A DNA stretch of 64,000 bases from positions 20,682-84,681 of the IMG/VR virus record IMGVR_UViG_3300017963_000235, one strand, 5' to 3'. A program made the position numbers and the translations under genes. Below, one piece after another: positions 43,815 through 52,641 of the stretch; positions within the stretch are counted from its first letter, which is position 1, and each line of letters begins with the position of its first letter. This DNA comes from a virus. The notes beneath the pieces are model-generated. The model did no database searches. It was not told where the DNA came from and saw nothing but the letters and a program-made list of their open reading frames with translations.

Positions 43815-45087
43815 GGTTGTGTTTAGTAATTCATCCAGGAATGTGATGACGGGATGTAAGCGTTATTATTATTTTTATAATATTTTAAATCTGCGTCCTG
43901 AAGTGGAGAATACTAATTTCCGGGTGGGCGGAGTTTGGCATACGATCAAACAGAGATTCTATGAGGGATATAGATCCTATGATTGGTTGTACAAAGATGG
44001 GGTTATTAAAATTATCCCAGGTAGAGAGACATGTGGAGAAGAGATTGAGCCCCGTTTAGAGAGAATTTCTAAAGAGGTGCTGAGGGAGAAGACGGTAACC
44101 ATAGAGGACTCTGTTAGAGAGTTATGGATGGATAAAGAGAGGCCTCTACTAGAGTCCATGGCGGGTACGTATCCCTCCATGGCGAGGAGAATATTAGATG
44201 AGTATGACATTTTTGGTGTTGAAATTCCTTTCAGGCTTAAGATATCTCGTTATAGAGATCGGTACATGGTTACATGGCTACCTCTATTAAGTGACGAGAG
44301 GCCTGCTACTGAGTATGTTGGGGTGATGGATCTTGGTCTTAAAAAGAAAGAGACCAATAGGGTTTTCTTTGGGGAGAATAAATCTACCTCTGAGAATTCT
44401 TATGAGGCGTATCTACCCACAGTGGATTCCAATTACCAATCAGTGGGGTATGCGTGTGCAGTATCGTCACTGTGTGACGCGATGGGTTTGGGAGATCCTA
44501 TTGGTGGAGTTTATATAGCGTCACGAAAGAAGATCCCTACAGCGCCTCATTTAAATCAATGTACTAAATGTAAGGGTAAAGGGGTCCGTAAGCTCAAGAA
44601 AGAGGGGGAGTTTATTTGTGAGCTCTGTGATGGGAGTGGTAAAGGCGCTTTAAGTCTGTCTAAGATAGAGACTACACAGCGGGTTATTGATAAGGTGCTT
44701 AAGGATGCGGGGCATTTACAGAAGGATCATTATGTATTCTTTTGGGATGATTACGAGAAGTGGAGATCTCGTTGTGTATCTGATGCATGGCATTTTAAAT
44801 TTCTAAAAGTGCATTCACATTTCGATATGCGGATGTGGTTAGAAGATACCTTAGAGGTTTTATCCCAGTATAGGGAATGGGAGAGACGGCCTAAGTCCGA
44901 AAAGAGATACACTCGTAGCTGGGATTTCACCAAATGTAAGAAATGTGAATTTAGACCTGTGTGTCTTAACGGGGACTCTAATTATATTAATCAATTTTTC
45001 AAGCGGGTTGAGCCTAGTGAATATCCGTTTGAGTTTAATGAAAGGTTCTCTAAGTTTGCAGAGGAGTATTTTGGGGTGCGAATATGA
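43807..45087 (+). CDS. PD-(D/E)XK Cas4/RecB-like exonuclease with DnaJ-type Zn finger insert
   Basis: C.R.YY, G..WH, VEIPF, GVMD, ENKS, Q..GY and C..CEF..VC motifs; insert CTKCKGKG...CELCDGSG. Confidence 0.8.
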   Translation: MRRVVFSNSSRNVMTGCKRYYYFYNILNLRPEVENTNFRVGGVWHTIKQRFYEGYRSYDWLYKDGVIKIIPGRETCGEEIEPRLERISKEVLREKTVTIEDSVRELWMDKERPLLESMAGTYPSMARRILDEYDIFGVEIPFRLKISRYRDRYMVTWLPLLSDERPATEYVGVMDLGLKKKETNRVFFGENKSTSENSYEAYLPTVDSNYQSVGYACAVSSLCDAMGLGDPIGGVYIASRKKIPTAPHLNQCTKCKGKGVRKLKKEGEFICELCDGSGKGALSLSKIETTQRVIDKVLKDAGHLQKDHYVFFWDDYEKWRSRCVSDAWHFKFLKVHSHFDMRMWLEDTLEVLSQYREWERRPKSEKRYTRSWDFTKCKKCEFRPVCLNGDSNYINQFFKRVEPSEYPFEFNERFSKFAEEYFGVRI

Positions 45088-45794
45088 GTTTGATTTTTGA
45101 TCCAATAGAAGAATCAGTGGGTGATGTTAAGTTGAAGTGTCTGCTTTACGGGCCTCCTGGGGTTGGTAAATCTACTCTGTCAGTGTCGTCGGGATTACCA
45201 ACTGTTGTTGGTTCTACTGAGATAAAGCAAACCAACTTAGCCTTGACATACGCTAAAGCTCGTGGGGTGGTGCATCCCAATACGTCTAAGAAGGGGTTAA
45301 ATAGCATTGCCGATCTCGAATCTTTCTACAATAAAGTAGCGGCTAATATAGATAAGATTGGTGTGATTGTTCTGGATAATCTTACAGGTATTCAGGAACT
45401 TATCTATAAGCAGATACAGGGATCGGCGGGCTTAGAGTCCTCCATGAATTACGATGGGTGGCGTAGTATGCGCGTTAGGTTGTTCGATTGGGTAGCTAAG
45501 TTTCGGGACCTAGATGCTCATGTTATTTTCATTGCGCACTACATGGAGTATATTTCTGAAGAACAAGGGAAATATGTTAGGCCGCAATTGATGGGTAAGG
45601 ACACGGGTGTTTGGGTTGCTTCTGAGCTCAATCTTGTTGGGTATATGTATAATCGGATGGAAGAGAACAAGGTCAAGCGTGAGATCATGTTCCAGGGTAG
45701 TAATAATTTATTGTTAAAGGGGAATCCTATGCTGGATAATGTGGAACCAGCGGACCTCAAAACCATTATAGCTAAGGCTACAAAAAGCGAATAG
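45084..45794 (+). CDS. Sak4-like recombinase (AAA_24)
   Basis: LLYGPPGVGKST, IVLDNLT, VIFIAH, LVGYM. Confidence 0.85.
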   Translation: MSLIFDPIEESVGDVKLKCLLYGPPGVGKSTLSVSSGLPTVVGSTEIKQTNLALTYAKARGVVHPNTSKKGLNSIADLESFYNKVAANIDKIGVIVLDNLTGIQELIYKQIQGSAGLESSMNYDGWRSMRVRLFDWVAKFRDLDAHVIFIAHYMEYISEEQGKYVRPQLMGKDTGVWVASELNLVGYMYNRMEENKVKREIMFQGSNNLLLKGNPMLDNVEPADLKTIIAKATKSE

Positions 45795-45802
45795 GAGAGA
45801 AG

Positions 45803-46378
45803 ATGAAATTTAATTCTAATGATCACAAGAGTAAACCAATTCCGGTAGACGTATATCCCATGGAGATTGTGGGGGTATCTACGGGTGTGTCTAGTAAGAA
45901 GAAGACGCCATATGTTCAGTTTAAATTGGAGATTTTAAATGGGTCTTTTGAGGGTCGGTGTATCCGTCAAGATTTCTATATCACAGAGAACGCTCTTTGG
46001 AGACTGGGAGATTTTTGTGATGGGTTTAAACAGGGCGCGGATTTCGATACCGACGATCCTAAAGGTATCTTTGCGGAGATGGCTGGGCTTAGGGCTATGG
46101 TTAAGCTCAAGGAGAAGGGGGAGTATGAGGGGGTGATGCAAACAGAGGTGGGGGGCGCTAAGCCTCTGAGCAGTGAGAAGCGGGCGGAGCTTAGCAACGT
46201 CCCTAAGAAGGCTCCCGCAGAGTACGTTAAGGAGGAGACTTCTACCAGTGGGGGTGGGGGGTCTACATCTTCGGGGGGATCTGCATCGTCTGGTAGTAGT
46301 GATATTCCGGGTATGTCTGGGGGTTCTGGTGGGGTTCCTGGGAGTGGTGCCGGGTTTGGTGGTGATATACCATTTTAG
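45803..46378 (+). CDS. ssb: Single-stranded DNA-binding protein (DUF669-like)
   Basis: OB-like N-terminus, Gly/Ser linker, C-terminal DIPF; follows Sak4. Confidence 0.8.
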   Translation: MKFNSNDHKSKPIPVDVYPMEIVGVSTGVSSKKKTPYVQFKLEILNGSFEGRCIRQDFYITENALWRLGDFCDGFKQGADFDTDDPKGIFAEMAGLRAMVKLKEKGEYEGVMQTEVGGAKPLSSEKRAELSNVPKKAPAEYVKEETSTSGGGGSTSSGGSASSGSSDIPGMSGGSGGVPGSGAGFGGDIPF

Positions 46379-46387
46379 GGGGTAGGT

Positions 46388-47059
46388 ATGGACATTCATA
46401 GAAATCCTTTATTTTATAGTTTATCCACAGTATCTCAGGCCATTCTGAGATCCTTTATAGCATCCGAGAAAACCAGAGTTCCTAGGTCTGATTTCGATCT
46501 GATAGTAGACCCTATGGGAATTATGGGGACTGAGGGGCTTACCAAAGGTCTGTTAGCGTTAGAGCGCATAGGGTTTATGGTTCGCACCACAGAGAGATAT
46601 CGCGGGTCAGAGACGGACATGGTTACCCTCTTGCCTTGGGATGATTCGTTTAAGTTGCATCGCGTTATTGAGGGTGTTCCTTGGGTGCCTAAGCAGTGGT
46701 CTGAGGAGAAGTACACTGGACCTGACGAGCATCATTGGTTTAGGGATCCTGGTAACTCTAAGGCGATAAACGCGGAGGAGCTGGAATTAGAGATCAAGAT
46801 GTTATTTGGGTTATGGCTGGATGTCTGTGGTAAGGATAAATCCAGAACTAAATTAAGCCCCAAACGAAGGGGGATTATTAGGCGGTTGTTGGGGGAGAAT
46901 TCTGCTGAGGATGTCTCTCTTGCGATAAAGGGTATGATTTATTCAGATCATCATATGGGTCGGACGGAGACTAATAAGGTTGTCTACGATGATCTCAAAT
47001 ATGTAGAGCGGAATTTTGATACCTTCTATCAATTGGGTGAGGCAAACGAAATAGAATGA
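46388..47059 (+). CDS. Putative replication initiator/helicase-loader-like protein
   Basis: wHTH-like N-terminus; C-terminal KLS.KRR..I..L...AI.G...S.HHMG domain; precedes the primase-helicase. Confidence 0.45.
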   Translation: MDIHRNPLFYSLSTVSQAILRSFIASEKTRVPRSDFDLIVDPMGIMGTEGLTKGLLALERIGFMVRTTERYRGSETDMVTLLPWDDSFKLHRVIEGVPWVPKQWSEEKYTGPDEHHWFRDPGNSKAINAEELELEIKMLFGLWLDVCGKDKSRTKLSPKRRGIIRRLLGENSAEDVSLAIKGMIYSDHHMGRTETNKVVYDDLKYVERNFDTFYQLGEANEIE

Positions 47060-49146
47060 CTACCATAGAGTATCTTGAATCCAAGGGATTGGAATCAGTA
47101 GGGGAAGTGCGGGCAGGGAGGGAGGTTATAATGTCTCCCTGCCCGCATTGTGATAAGGAGAGTACAGCTAAGGATCATCACTTTACTGTGCGTAAGGATA
47201 CCGGTGTTGGGTTTTGTTTCTCGTGTAAGGGGAGGGGGAACCTAATTGTTTACAAGCAAAAGTATGGTGATTTCGAGAGGAAAGAGAAGAAAGAAAGCGC
47301 ATCGGTAGCTAGGTGGAGGAGTAAGCTCAGACAGAAGGCCATAAAACAGCACACAATGAAGGTCCCTAAAGATATTGTCAGTAAGGGGGAGCATTTTCTT
47401 TGGCATGATTTTGATTTCGGGAAGCAGGCTAGGGATTACCTGATGAAAGATCGGGGATATCTAGAGGAGACGTTAAGGCGATGGCGCATAGGGCTGATCC
47501 CAAGAGCTAAGTGTACTGCGGATAAAGAGGATTGTGATTTCTTTGGGGTGGTTAATGAGGATAAAAAGTGCGTAGCTTGTGGATCCCCTACTTCGGATAG
47601 GGTTTACTGGAGTATAGCTATCCCTGTATTGTCTGGTGATGGGCAATTGCAGTTAGTTAAATACAGGTCATTACCTCCCGATAAAATGTATTCCAGAGAG
47701 ACAGACGGTGTGACATCGTTATATGGTATCCACTTATTGGATAGTGGAATTAATCATGTGGTTATAACCGAGTCTGAGTTAGATGCCGTTGCGGGGGACC
47801 AGTATGGATTGGGTAATGTTATAAGTATTGGGGGGTCTAGCAATGCGGGATCTGATAATTGGGATGATTCTTGGAGGGAGGCCCTAGTTCGGTTTGACGA
47901 GATATATTTAGCCTTGGATAATGATAAGGCTGGTATTGAGGCGGCCGAGAAGGTAGCGGATAAGTTAGGTCCATTCCGTTGCAAGTATGTTTCGTTTCCA
48001 GATGCGTATAAGGATCTTGCTCAGATGCAGGAGGAGTGTGTACCTACCGATCAGGTTTTGGGTATGCTTGTAGACGCGCAACCGGTCCAGAAGAATCTGT
48101 GGACACGAGGTAAAGATCTATATTCGTCTGTGGTCAAGTCGTTAAATCCGGATAGGCTTGGGTACCTGACTAGCTGGCCTAGATTTAATAAGCTATTTGG
48201 TCCGGTTAAACCTGGGGAATTAACGGTAGTTACATCCCAAACGGCTAGTGGTAAATCGTTATTCACCAATCAATTAGCCTTGGATATGGCGTCTAATGGG
48301 ATACCATGCGGGGTTGCATCATTTGAGCTTAGATTAGATCAGAGTGGATATCGCGTATTGAATCAATATATGGAGCAGCCTTTAGTGGAGTTCAAGAGCG
48401 ATAAGTGGATTCCTGTTGTTCCAGAGGAGGATATCTATGTTGCATGTGAGGCTCTTGATAGAATACCATTTCACATGCTTGATATCTATGGGAGTATGGA
48501 GCTAGATGGTTTATATGAGTATATTAGATGGGGCGTTAAGAAGTACGGGATAAAGATTTTAGTGTTGGATCATCTCCATTATTTCCTCCCTGGATTAGGC
48601 GGGAGAGATGAGCATAGTATTATATCCAACGCCATGAAGAGTTTAGTTAATTGGTGTGCGGATTTGGATATTCACATATTCCTAGTAGCGCACCCCAGTA
48701 AGGCTAAGAAGAGCGCTGCGGATGGTCCGGTATACACAGGGTCTAGTGATCTTAAGGGGTCCTCTGCAATAGAGCAGGATGCTTACAATATCATAACACT
48801 GTACAGGGCTCGTGGGTACGAGAGGGTTACGCGGCTGGAGTTGGATAAACCTCTGTGCGCTACTCTTTTGAGTATCCCTAAAAGTAGATCTCCCTTGGGT
48901 AGAGAGGGGGATGTGTGGTTCCATTTCGATCCGTATACGTTGTTGTTTAAGGAGACCTTAAACGAGGCGGAAGGCAGATCCATTAGGGTCAAGGATCATA
49001 GCGGGTATGGAAAGCAATACGATCAGATTCTTAAGAAGCGATATAAGAAGACTGATAAGGATAAAACAGACAAGCCAGAGAAGAAGGGTAAGAGGGATAA
49101 ACCTTTGTCTCGTCAAAAGGCTAACGATACAGACATCCCATATTGA
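47056..49146 (+). CDS. Primase-helicase (T7 gp4/Twinkle-like)
   Basis: CPHC/CFSC Zn finger, TOPRIM ITESELDA and LDND.AG, KD; Walker A ASGKS, LDHLH, VAHP, DLKGSSAIEQDA. Confidence 0.92.
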   Translation: MTTIEYLESKGLESVGEVRAGREVIMSPCPHCDKESTAKDHHFTVRKDTGVGFCFSCKGRGNLIVYKQKYGDFERKEKKESASVARWRSKLRQKAIKQHTMKVPKDIVSKGEHFLWHDFDFGKQARDYLMKDRGYLEETLRRWRIGLIPRAKCTADKEDCDFFGVVNEDKKCVACGSPTSDRVYWSIAIPVLSGDGQLQLVKYRSLPPDKMYSRETDGVTSLYGIHLLDSGINHVVITESELDAVAGDQYGLGNVISIGGSSNAGSDNWDDSWREALVRFDEIYLALDNDKAGIEAAEKVADKLGPFRCKYVSFPDAYKDLAQMQEECVPTDQVLGMLVDAQPVQKNLWTRGKDLYSSVVKSLNPDRLGYLTSWPRFNKLFGPVKPGELTVVTSQTASGKSLFTNQLALDMASNGIPCGVASFELRLDQSGYRVLNQYMEQPLVEFKSDKWIPVVPEEDIYVACEALDRIPFHMLDIYGSMELDGLYEYIRWGVKKYGIKILVLDHLHYFLPGLGGRDEHSIISNAMKSLVNWCADLDIHIFLVAHPSKAKKSAADGPVYTGSSDLKGSSAIEQDAYNIITLYRARGYERVTRLELDKPLCATLLSIPKSRSPLGREGDVWFHFDPYTLLFKETLNEAEGRSIRVKDHSGYGKQYDQILKKRYKKTDKDKTDKPEKKGKRDKPLSRQKANDTDIPY

Positions 49147-49155
49147 GGTTAAAAT

Positions 49156-50259
49156 ATGAGCGAGAAAAAAGAGACAGATAAGAAGGGTTTAATAGCTACG
49201 GCATTAGTTTGTCATATCTGCGGGGCTTCCCAGTTCGATGAGAAGAAGCATTCTGGAAACATTCTGTTGCATTGTTCTGGATGTGGGGGCAAGGCTAGGG
49301 TGTCCGTTGCGGGGGTGGTTAATGTCAAAGCTATTGAGACATACGAGGAGAGTAAGGTCTTTGCTGATCCCAAAGAAAAGCCTGCGGCTAAGAAAGACAA
49401 GGACACCATATTTAGGGAGCTCCGTTATGTTGTTCCGGAACCGAGCAAAGACATAATCACATTGGCTACCTGGTGTGCTAAGGCGATGTGTAGGGCCACT
49501 GGTAAATGGTACGCTGGGTCTATGCTTACGCATATCTGTGCAGATTTTTTATCGGGGTTTGATTTTAATTGTTTGGATGCAAAGACATACGATAAGATCA
49601 AGCCCATTATTGATCGGATAAATGATACTGCTGCGTCTGAGGAGGATCTGGATAAGAAGTTAGAGGAGGTGCAGCAGGATCAGTATAGGGAGCTTACCAA
49701 GGGGCAGGTTAAAACTACTATCGTCATTACGGATAAGGTGAAAGCTGCCGGTGAGGTCATAGAGAAGCGGAAGGAAGAGAACCGCACAAAGGGGACTAAG
49801 GCGATGATACGGGGTAAGGCTACTGGTGCTGTTAGTCGTAGGCTCAAGAAGCTAGAGGATGCAGGGCTTACAGAGGAAGAGAAGGGTAAGTTCTACGCTC
49901 CAGGTCAGGAGATATTATCGTTGCTTGAGGCGGGTAAGATGGCTGGAGATAACTCCTCGGTGAAGGAGTACAATGATCGGGTGGATACATTTCTTGTGAC
50001 TAAGGAGAAGCTTCTTAAGTTTGAGGCCAAGAAGGCGGAGCCGGAGGAAGTAACAGAGGAGAAATGTATAGAGTTTTTGCAAAAGCAATTGGTGAATACC
50101 CGAATTGAAATGGGCAAAGCTAAGAGTTCCGGTAGTGCTGATGAAGAGGCGATGATACAACAGACCATAGAGGAGATTAAGGTATCCATAGCGGGGCTTA
50201 AGGACGGGTCTTTAATAGCCGATGACGTTTCAGATCTTATGAAATCATTAAGGGGTTAG
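49156..50259 (+). CDS. Zn-ribbon plus coiled-coil protein
   Basis: CHICG...CSGCG N-terminus; charged helical remainder. Confidence 0.6.
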   Translation: MSEKKETDKKGLIATALVCHICGASQFDEKKHSGNILLHCSGCGGKARVSVAGVVNVKAIETYEESKVFADPKEKPAAKKDKDTIFRELRYVVPEPSKDIITLATWCAKAMCRATGKWYAGSMLTHICADFLSGFDFNCLDAKTYDKIKPIIDRINDTAASEEDLDKKLEEVQQDQYRELTKGQVKTTIVITDKVKAAGEVIEKRKEENRTKGTKAMIRGKATGAVSRRLKKLEDAGLTEEEKGKFYAPGQEILSLLEAGKMAGDNSSVKEYNDRVDTFLVTKEKLLKFEAKKAEPEEVTEEKCIEFLQKQLVNTRIEMGKAKSSGSADEEAMIQQTIEEIKVSIAGLKDGSLIADDVSDLMKSLRG

Positions 50260-50260
50260 T

Positions 50261-50836
50261 ATGTTATTTTCAGATGTAAAGGATGATCTTGTAGGTAGAG
50301 GATTAGTATTGGCTAGGCCTCGGGATAAGTGGGTGATGACGGGGGATTTCCGTTTGGGTGATGAGATAACGTATTGCACCTTCTATTATTTTGTGAAGGA
50401 TGGAGATACGTGGATGTCCCACGCTAAGAAGAATGTGGCTAAGCTGTTTCCGGATCTCAAGTTTCGGGATGGTGATGGGATACCTCATTGGGTGGGTGAG
50501 CTAAAGATAGGCGGAGGGGAGATTAAGGTGAGAATATTCTACGGTATTCCTCCAATATCTCTTGGGTTCATTCAAGTATGGGGGGCTGTTTCTTTGGATG
50601 AGAAGAACCACATAAGAACTTTACTCAGCCGTAAGAGATCTGAGTGGGGGGAGTTCTATGGGTGGCCTGAATTTGGATTTGCGATAGCCAAGGATAACGG
50701 GATTTACAGGGCTGATAGTAAGGGAGATCCTGTTGGGGCGAGTCTGGTAATTCCACATGCACGGTTCTTATTTCTTTTGCTCAGGGGTGATTCTAAAATG
50801 ATGGAATTAGCTAAGCGGTGGAGATGGTCAGTATGA
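50261..50836 (+). CDS. Minimal DNA polymerase X-like protein lacking catalytic aspartates
   Basis: Segment-by-segment resemblance to ASFV-type PolX (see findings). Confidence 0.5.
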   Translation: MLFSDVKDDLVGRGLVLARPRDKWVMTGDFRLGDEITYCTFYYFVKDGDTWMSHAKKNVAKLFPDLKFRDGDGIPHWVGELKIGGGEIKVRIFYGIPPISLGFIQVWGAVSLDEKNHIRTLLSRKRSEWGEFYGWPEFGFAIAKDNGIYRADSKGDPVGASLVIPHARFLFLLLRGDSKMMELAKRWRWSV

Positions 50837-51333
50837 TTTTTATCGGGTTGGATCCTGGGGTTAATACTGGATACTCTGTTATCCGATATCATGGAGGTTA
50901 TCCGGTGGAGGATAACTGTGAGATTCTTACCTCTGGGGAGTTTCGGGCGGACATTGGGGATCCATTTTCGGTTATGCTGAATTTAGAGAGGTTGAAGGAT
51001 TACGTTCCGGATGACGAGGAAGTGATTGTGGGGGTAGAGAATCAGTACATGGATCCCGGAAAGGTGCAGGCTGGGAAGAAGCGAGGGGGTAATTTCCAGA
51101 GCATGAAAGGGGTTATGGTCACCTCGGGTATGTTGATTCTTGGGGCTATGATTATTTTTGGTGTAGTCGCACAGCGTCCTTACCCTAGCTCATGGCAATC
51201 TAGATTTGGGATATCTGGAAAGAGGGAGCAGAGAAAGAGACAAGCAAAGAAGAAAGTGCTACTTTTGTTTGGGTTGAAGGCGAAAACAGATCGGGCAGAG
51301 GCGATCCTGATATCTGTATACCTAGCTATGTGA
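50833..51333 (+). CDS. ruvC: Holliday junction resolvase, RuvC-like
   Basis: IGLDPG.NTGY, VGVENQY, PSSWQ, DRAEAILI. Confidence 0.8.
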   Translation: MIFIGLDPGVNTGYSVIRYHGGYPVEDNCEILTSGEFRADIGDPFSVMLNLERLKDYVPDDEEVIVGVENQYMDPGKVQAGKKRGGNFQSMKGVMVTSGMLILGAMIIFGVVAQRPYPSSWQSRFGISGKREQRKRQAKKKVLLLFGLKAKTDRAEAILISVYLAM

Positions 51334-51365
51334 TGTTGTATTAGGGACTAATTTAGAGGTACAGA

Positions 51366-51761
51366 ATGGCAAAGGTAAAGGCTGAGTTACGGGAGTTTCT
51401 ATTAGGTATGATTCAGGGGGTTTGTGAGGAAGAGGATATACCGTTCTCAGATGCCTTAGCTGTGTTGTTAGCGGCGCAGTCCAGGTGGGTCACGTTTGAT
51501 TCTAAGTTAAGGAGTCCGGCTAGGGACTCCTCATATCTTGCATTTGTTCGTACTAAAGCTTGTTGCGCTTGTGGTAACGGCAATACGGTGGCGCATCATG
51601 ACGGACCAAGAGGTACAGGGGAGAAGACTGATGATTATAGAACGGTCCCATTATGTGTGATGTGTCATGGGAAGGTACATCAGGGTTTATTAGAGATGGA
51701 TTTCGGGCCGGTTAAAGAGGACTTGCTGGTGGAATTTCTACGGCGTGTGCGGGGTGTGTGA
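51366..51761 (+). CDS. DUF968-like HNH-type protein
   Basis: YLAFVR...C.ACG...AHH...G.G.K.DD...VPLC..CH...H. Confidence 0.75.
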   Translation: MAKVKAELREFLLGMIQGVCEEEDIPFSDALAVLLAAQSRWVTFDSKLRSPARDSSYLAFVRTKACCACGNGNTVAHHDGPRGTGEKTDDYRTVPLCVMCHGKVHQGLLEMDFGPVKEDLLVEFLRRVRGV

Positions 51762-52153
51762 TGGACATGTGGAAAGAGTTTAAAGTCTTCGCCAAAGAGA
51801 GGGGCATGAGGGCCGGGGCTGCGCTGGGGAGAATAGCGGCTATACGATCTTATAGAGATAAGGAGATGAGGCCTGCTAAACGTGCGGTTACTCTATCCAG
51901 GTCTGTGTATTACGAGCGGTATCTACAGAGACTGCCTTGTGTGGGGTGTAGTGGGACTTATCTAGTTGAAGCTCAGCCCCTTCATGATGATGGTACTTTG
52001 GGGGTTATAGCGGATTGCTCCTCATATTCCTGTATCCCGTTGTGTAGGAAATGCGCTAAGATAGAGGTAGTGCGGGATCAGATACAGTTTAGATATAGAG
52101 ATCTGCAATACACGTTATTAACATTGTATTTACGATGTGTGGAGAGTACGTGA
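51758..52153 (+). CDS. Second, degenerate DUF968-like protein
   Basis: Y..YL..LPCVGC...IPLCRKC; His residues missing. Confidence 0.5.
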   Translation: MMDMWKEFKVFAKERGMRAGAALGRIAAIRSYRDKEMRPAKRAVTLSRSVYYERYLQRLPCVGCSGTYLVEAQPLHDDGTLGVIADCSSYSCIPLCRKCAKIEVVRDQIQFRYRDLQYTLLTLYLRCVEST

Positions 52154-52641
52154 TGCCTAAGAAACATTTGACAGAGAAAGAATATGAGTTAGCCGTAAAG
52201 GCCTACTACACGCAACGTAGTTACAATAGTGTTAGTGAGGCCTTGAAGATAACCTTTAGATTTGCAAAGAAAATAGTTGATGAGGGTTATGATGGGTATC
52301 CCCCTATACGGGAAACGGTTCAGGAGTATGAGGAGGAGTCCGCTGAGACGGGAGAGAAGGTATCTCCGGTGTCTACTGGAATCGATCCAGTGGTGGATCG
52401 TAAGTTTTATTTGGAGGCTTATAAAGCTATTCAGAGAGGGACAGTTGAGGAGATGAAGAAGGGGGAGGTCCCTTCTATAAACCCTAAGGCGGTTAAGGGT
52501 TTGGTGACTTTGCGGGAGCTTGGTAAGGAGCTTATAAAAGAATCCCGTAAAGAGTTTGATGTGCTTGCATTACCTTATGACGATATGTCTGAGGCTGAGA
52601 TAAATGATCTAGCCACAGGAAGACGGAAGGTGCATAAGTGA
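52153..52641 (+). CDS. Putative terminase small subunit
   Basis: N-terminal HTH-like pattern, C-terminal DMSE.EI..LA; directly before terL. Confidence 0.5.
   Translation: MPKKHLTEKEYELAVKAYYTQRSYNSVSEALKITFRFAKKIVDEGYDGYPPIRETVQEYEEESAETGEKVSPVSTGIDPVVDRKFYLEAYKAIQRGTVEEMKKGEVPSINPKAVKGLVTLRELGKELIKESRKEFDVLALPYDDMSEAEINDLATGRRKVHK

Noticed and set aside
46240-46365. G-rich low-complexity repeat
   Set aside because: Simply encodes the Gly/Ser linker of SSB.
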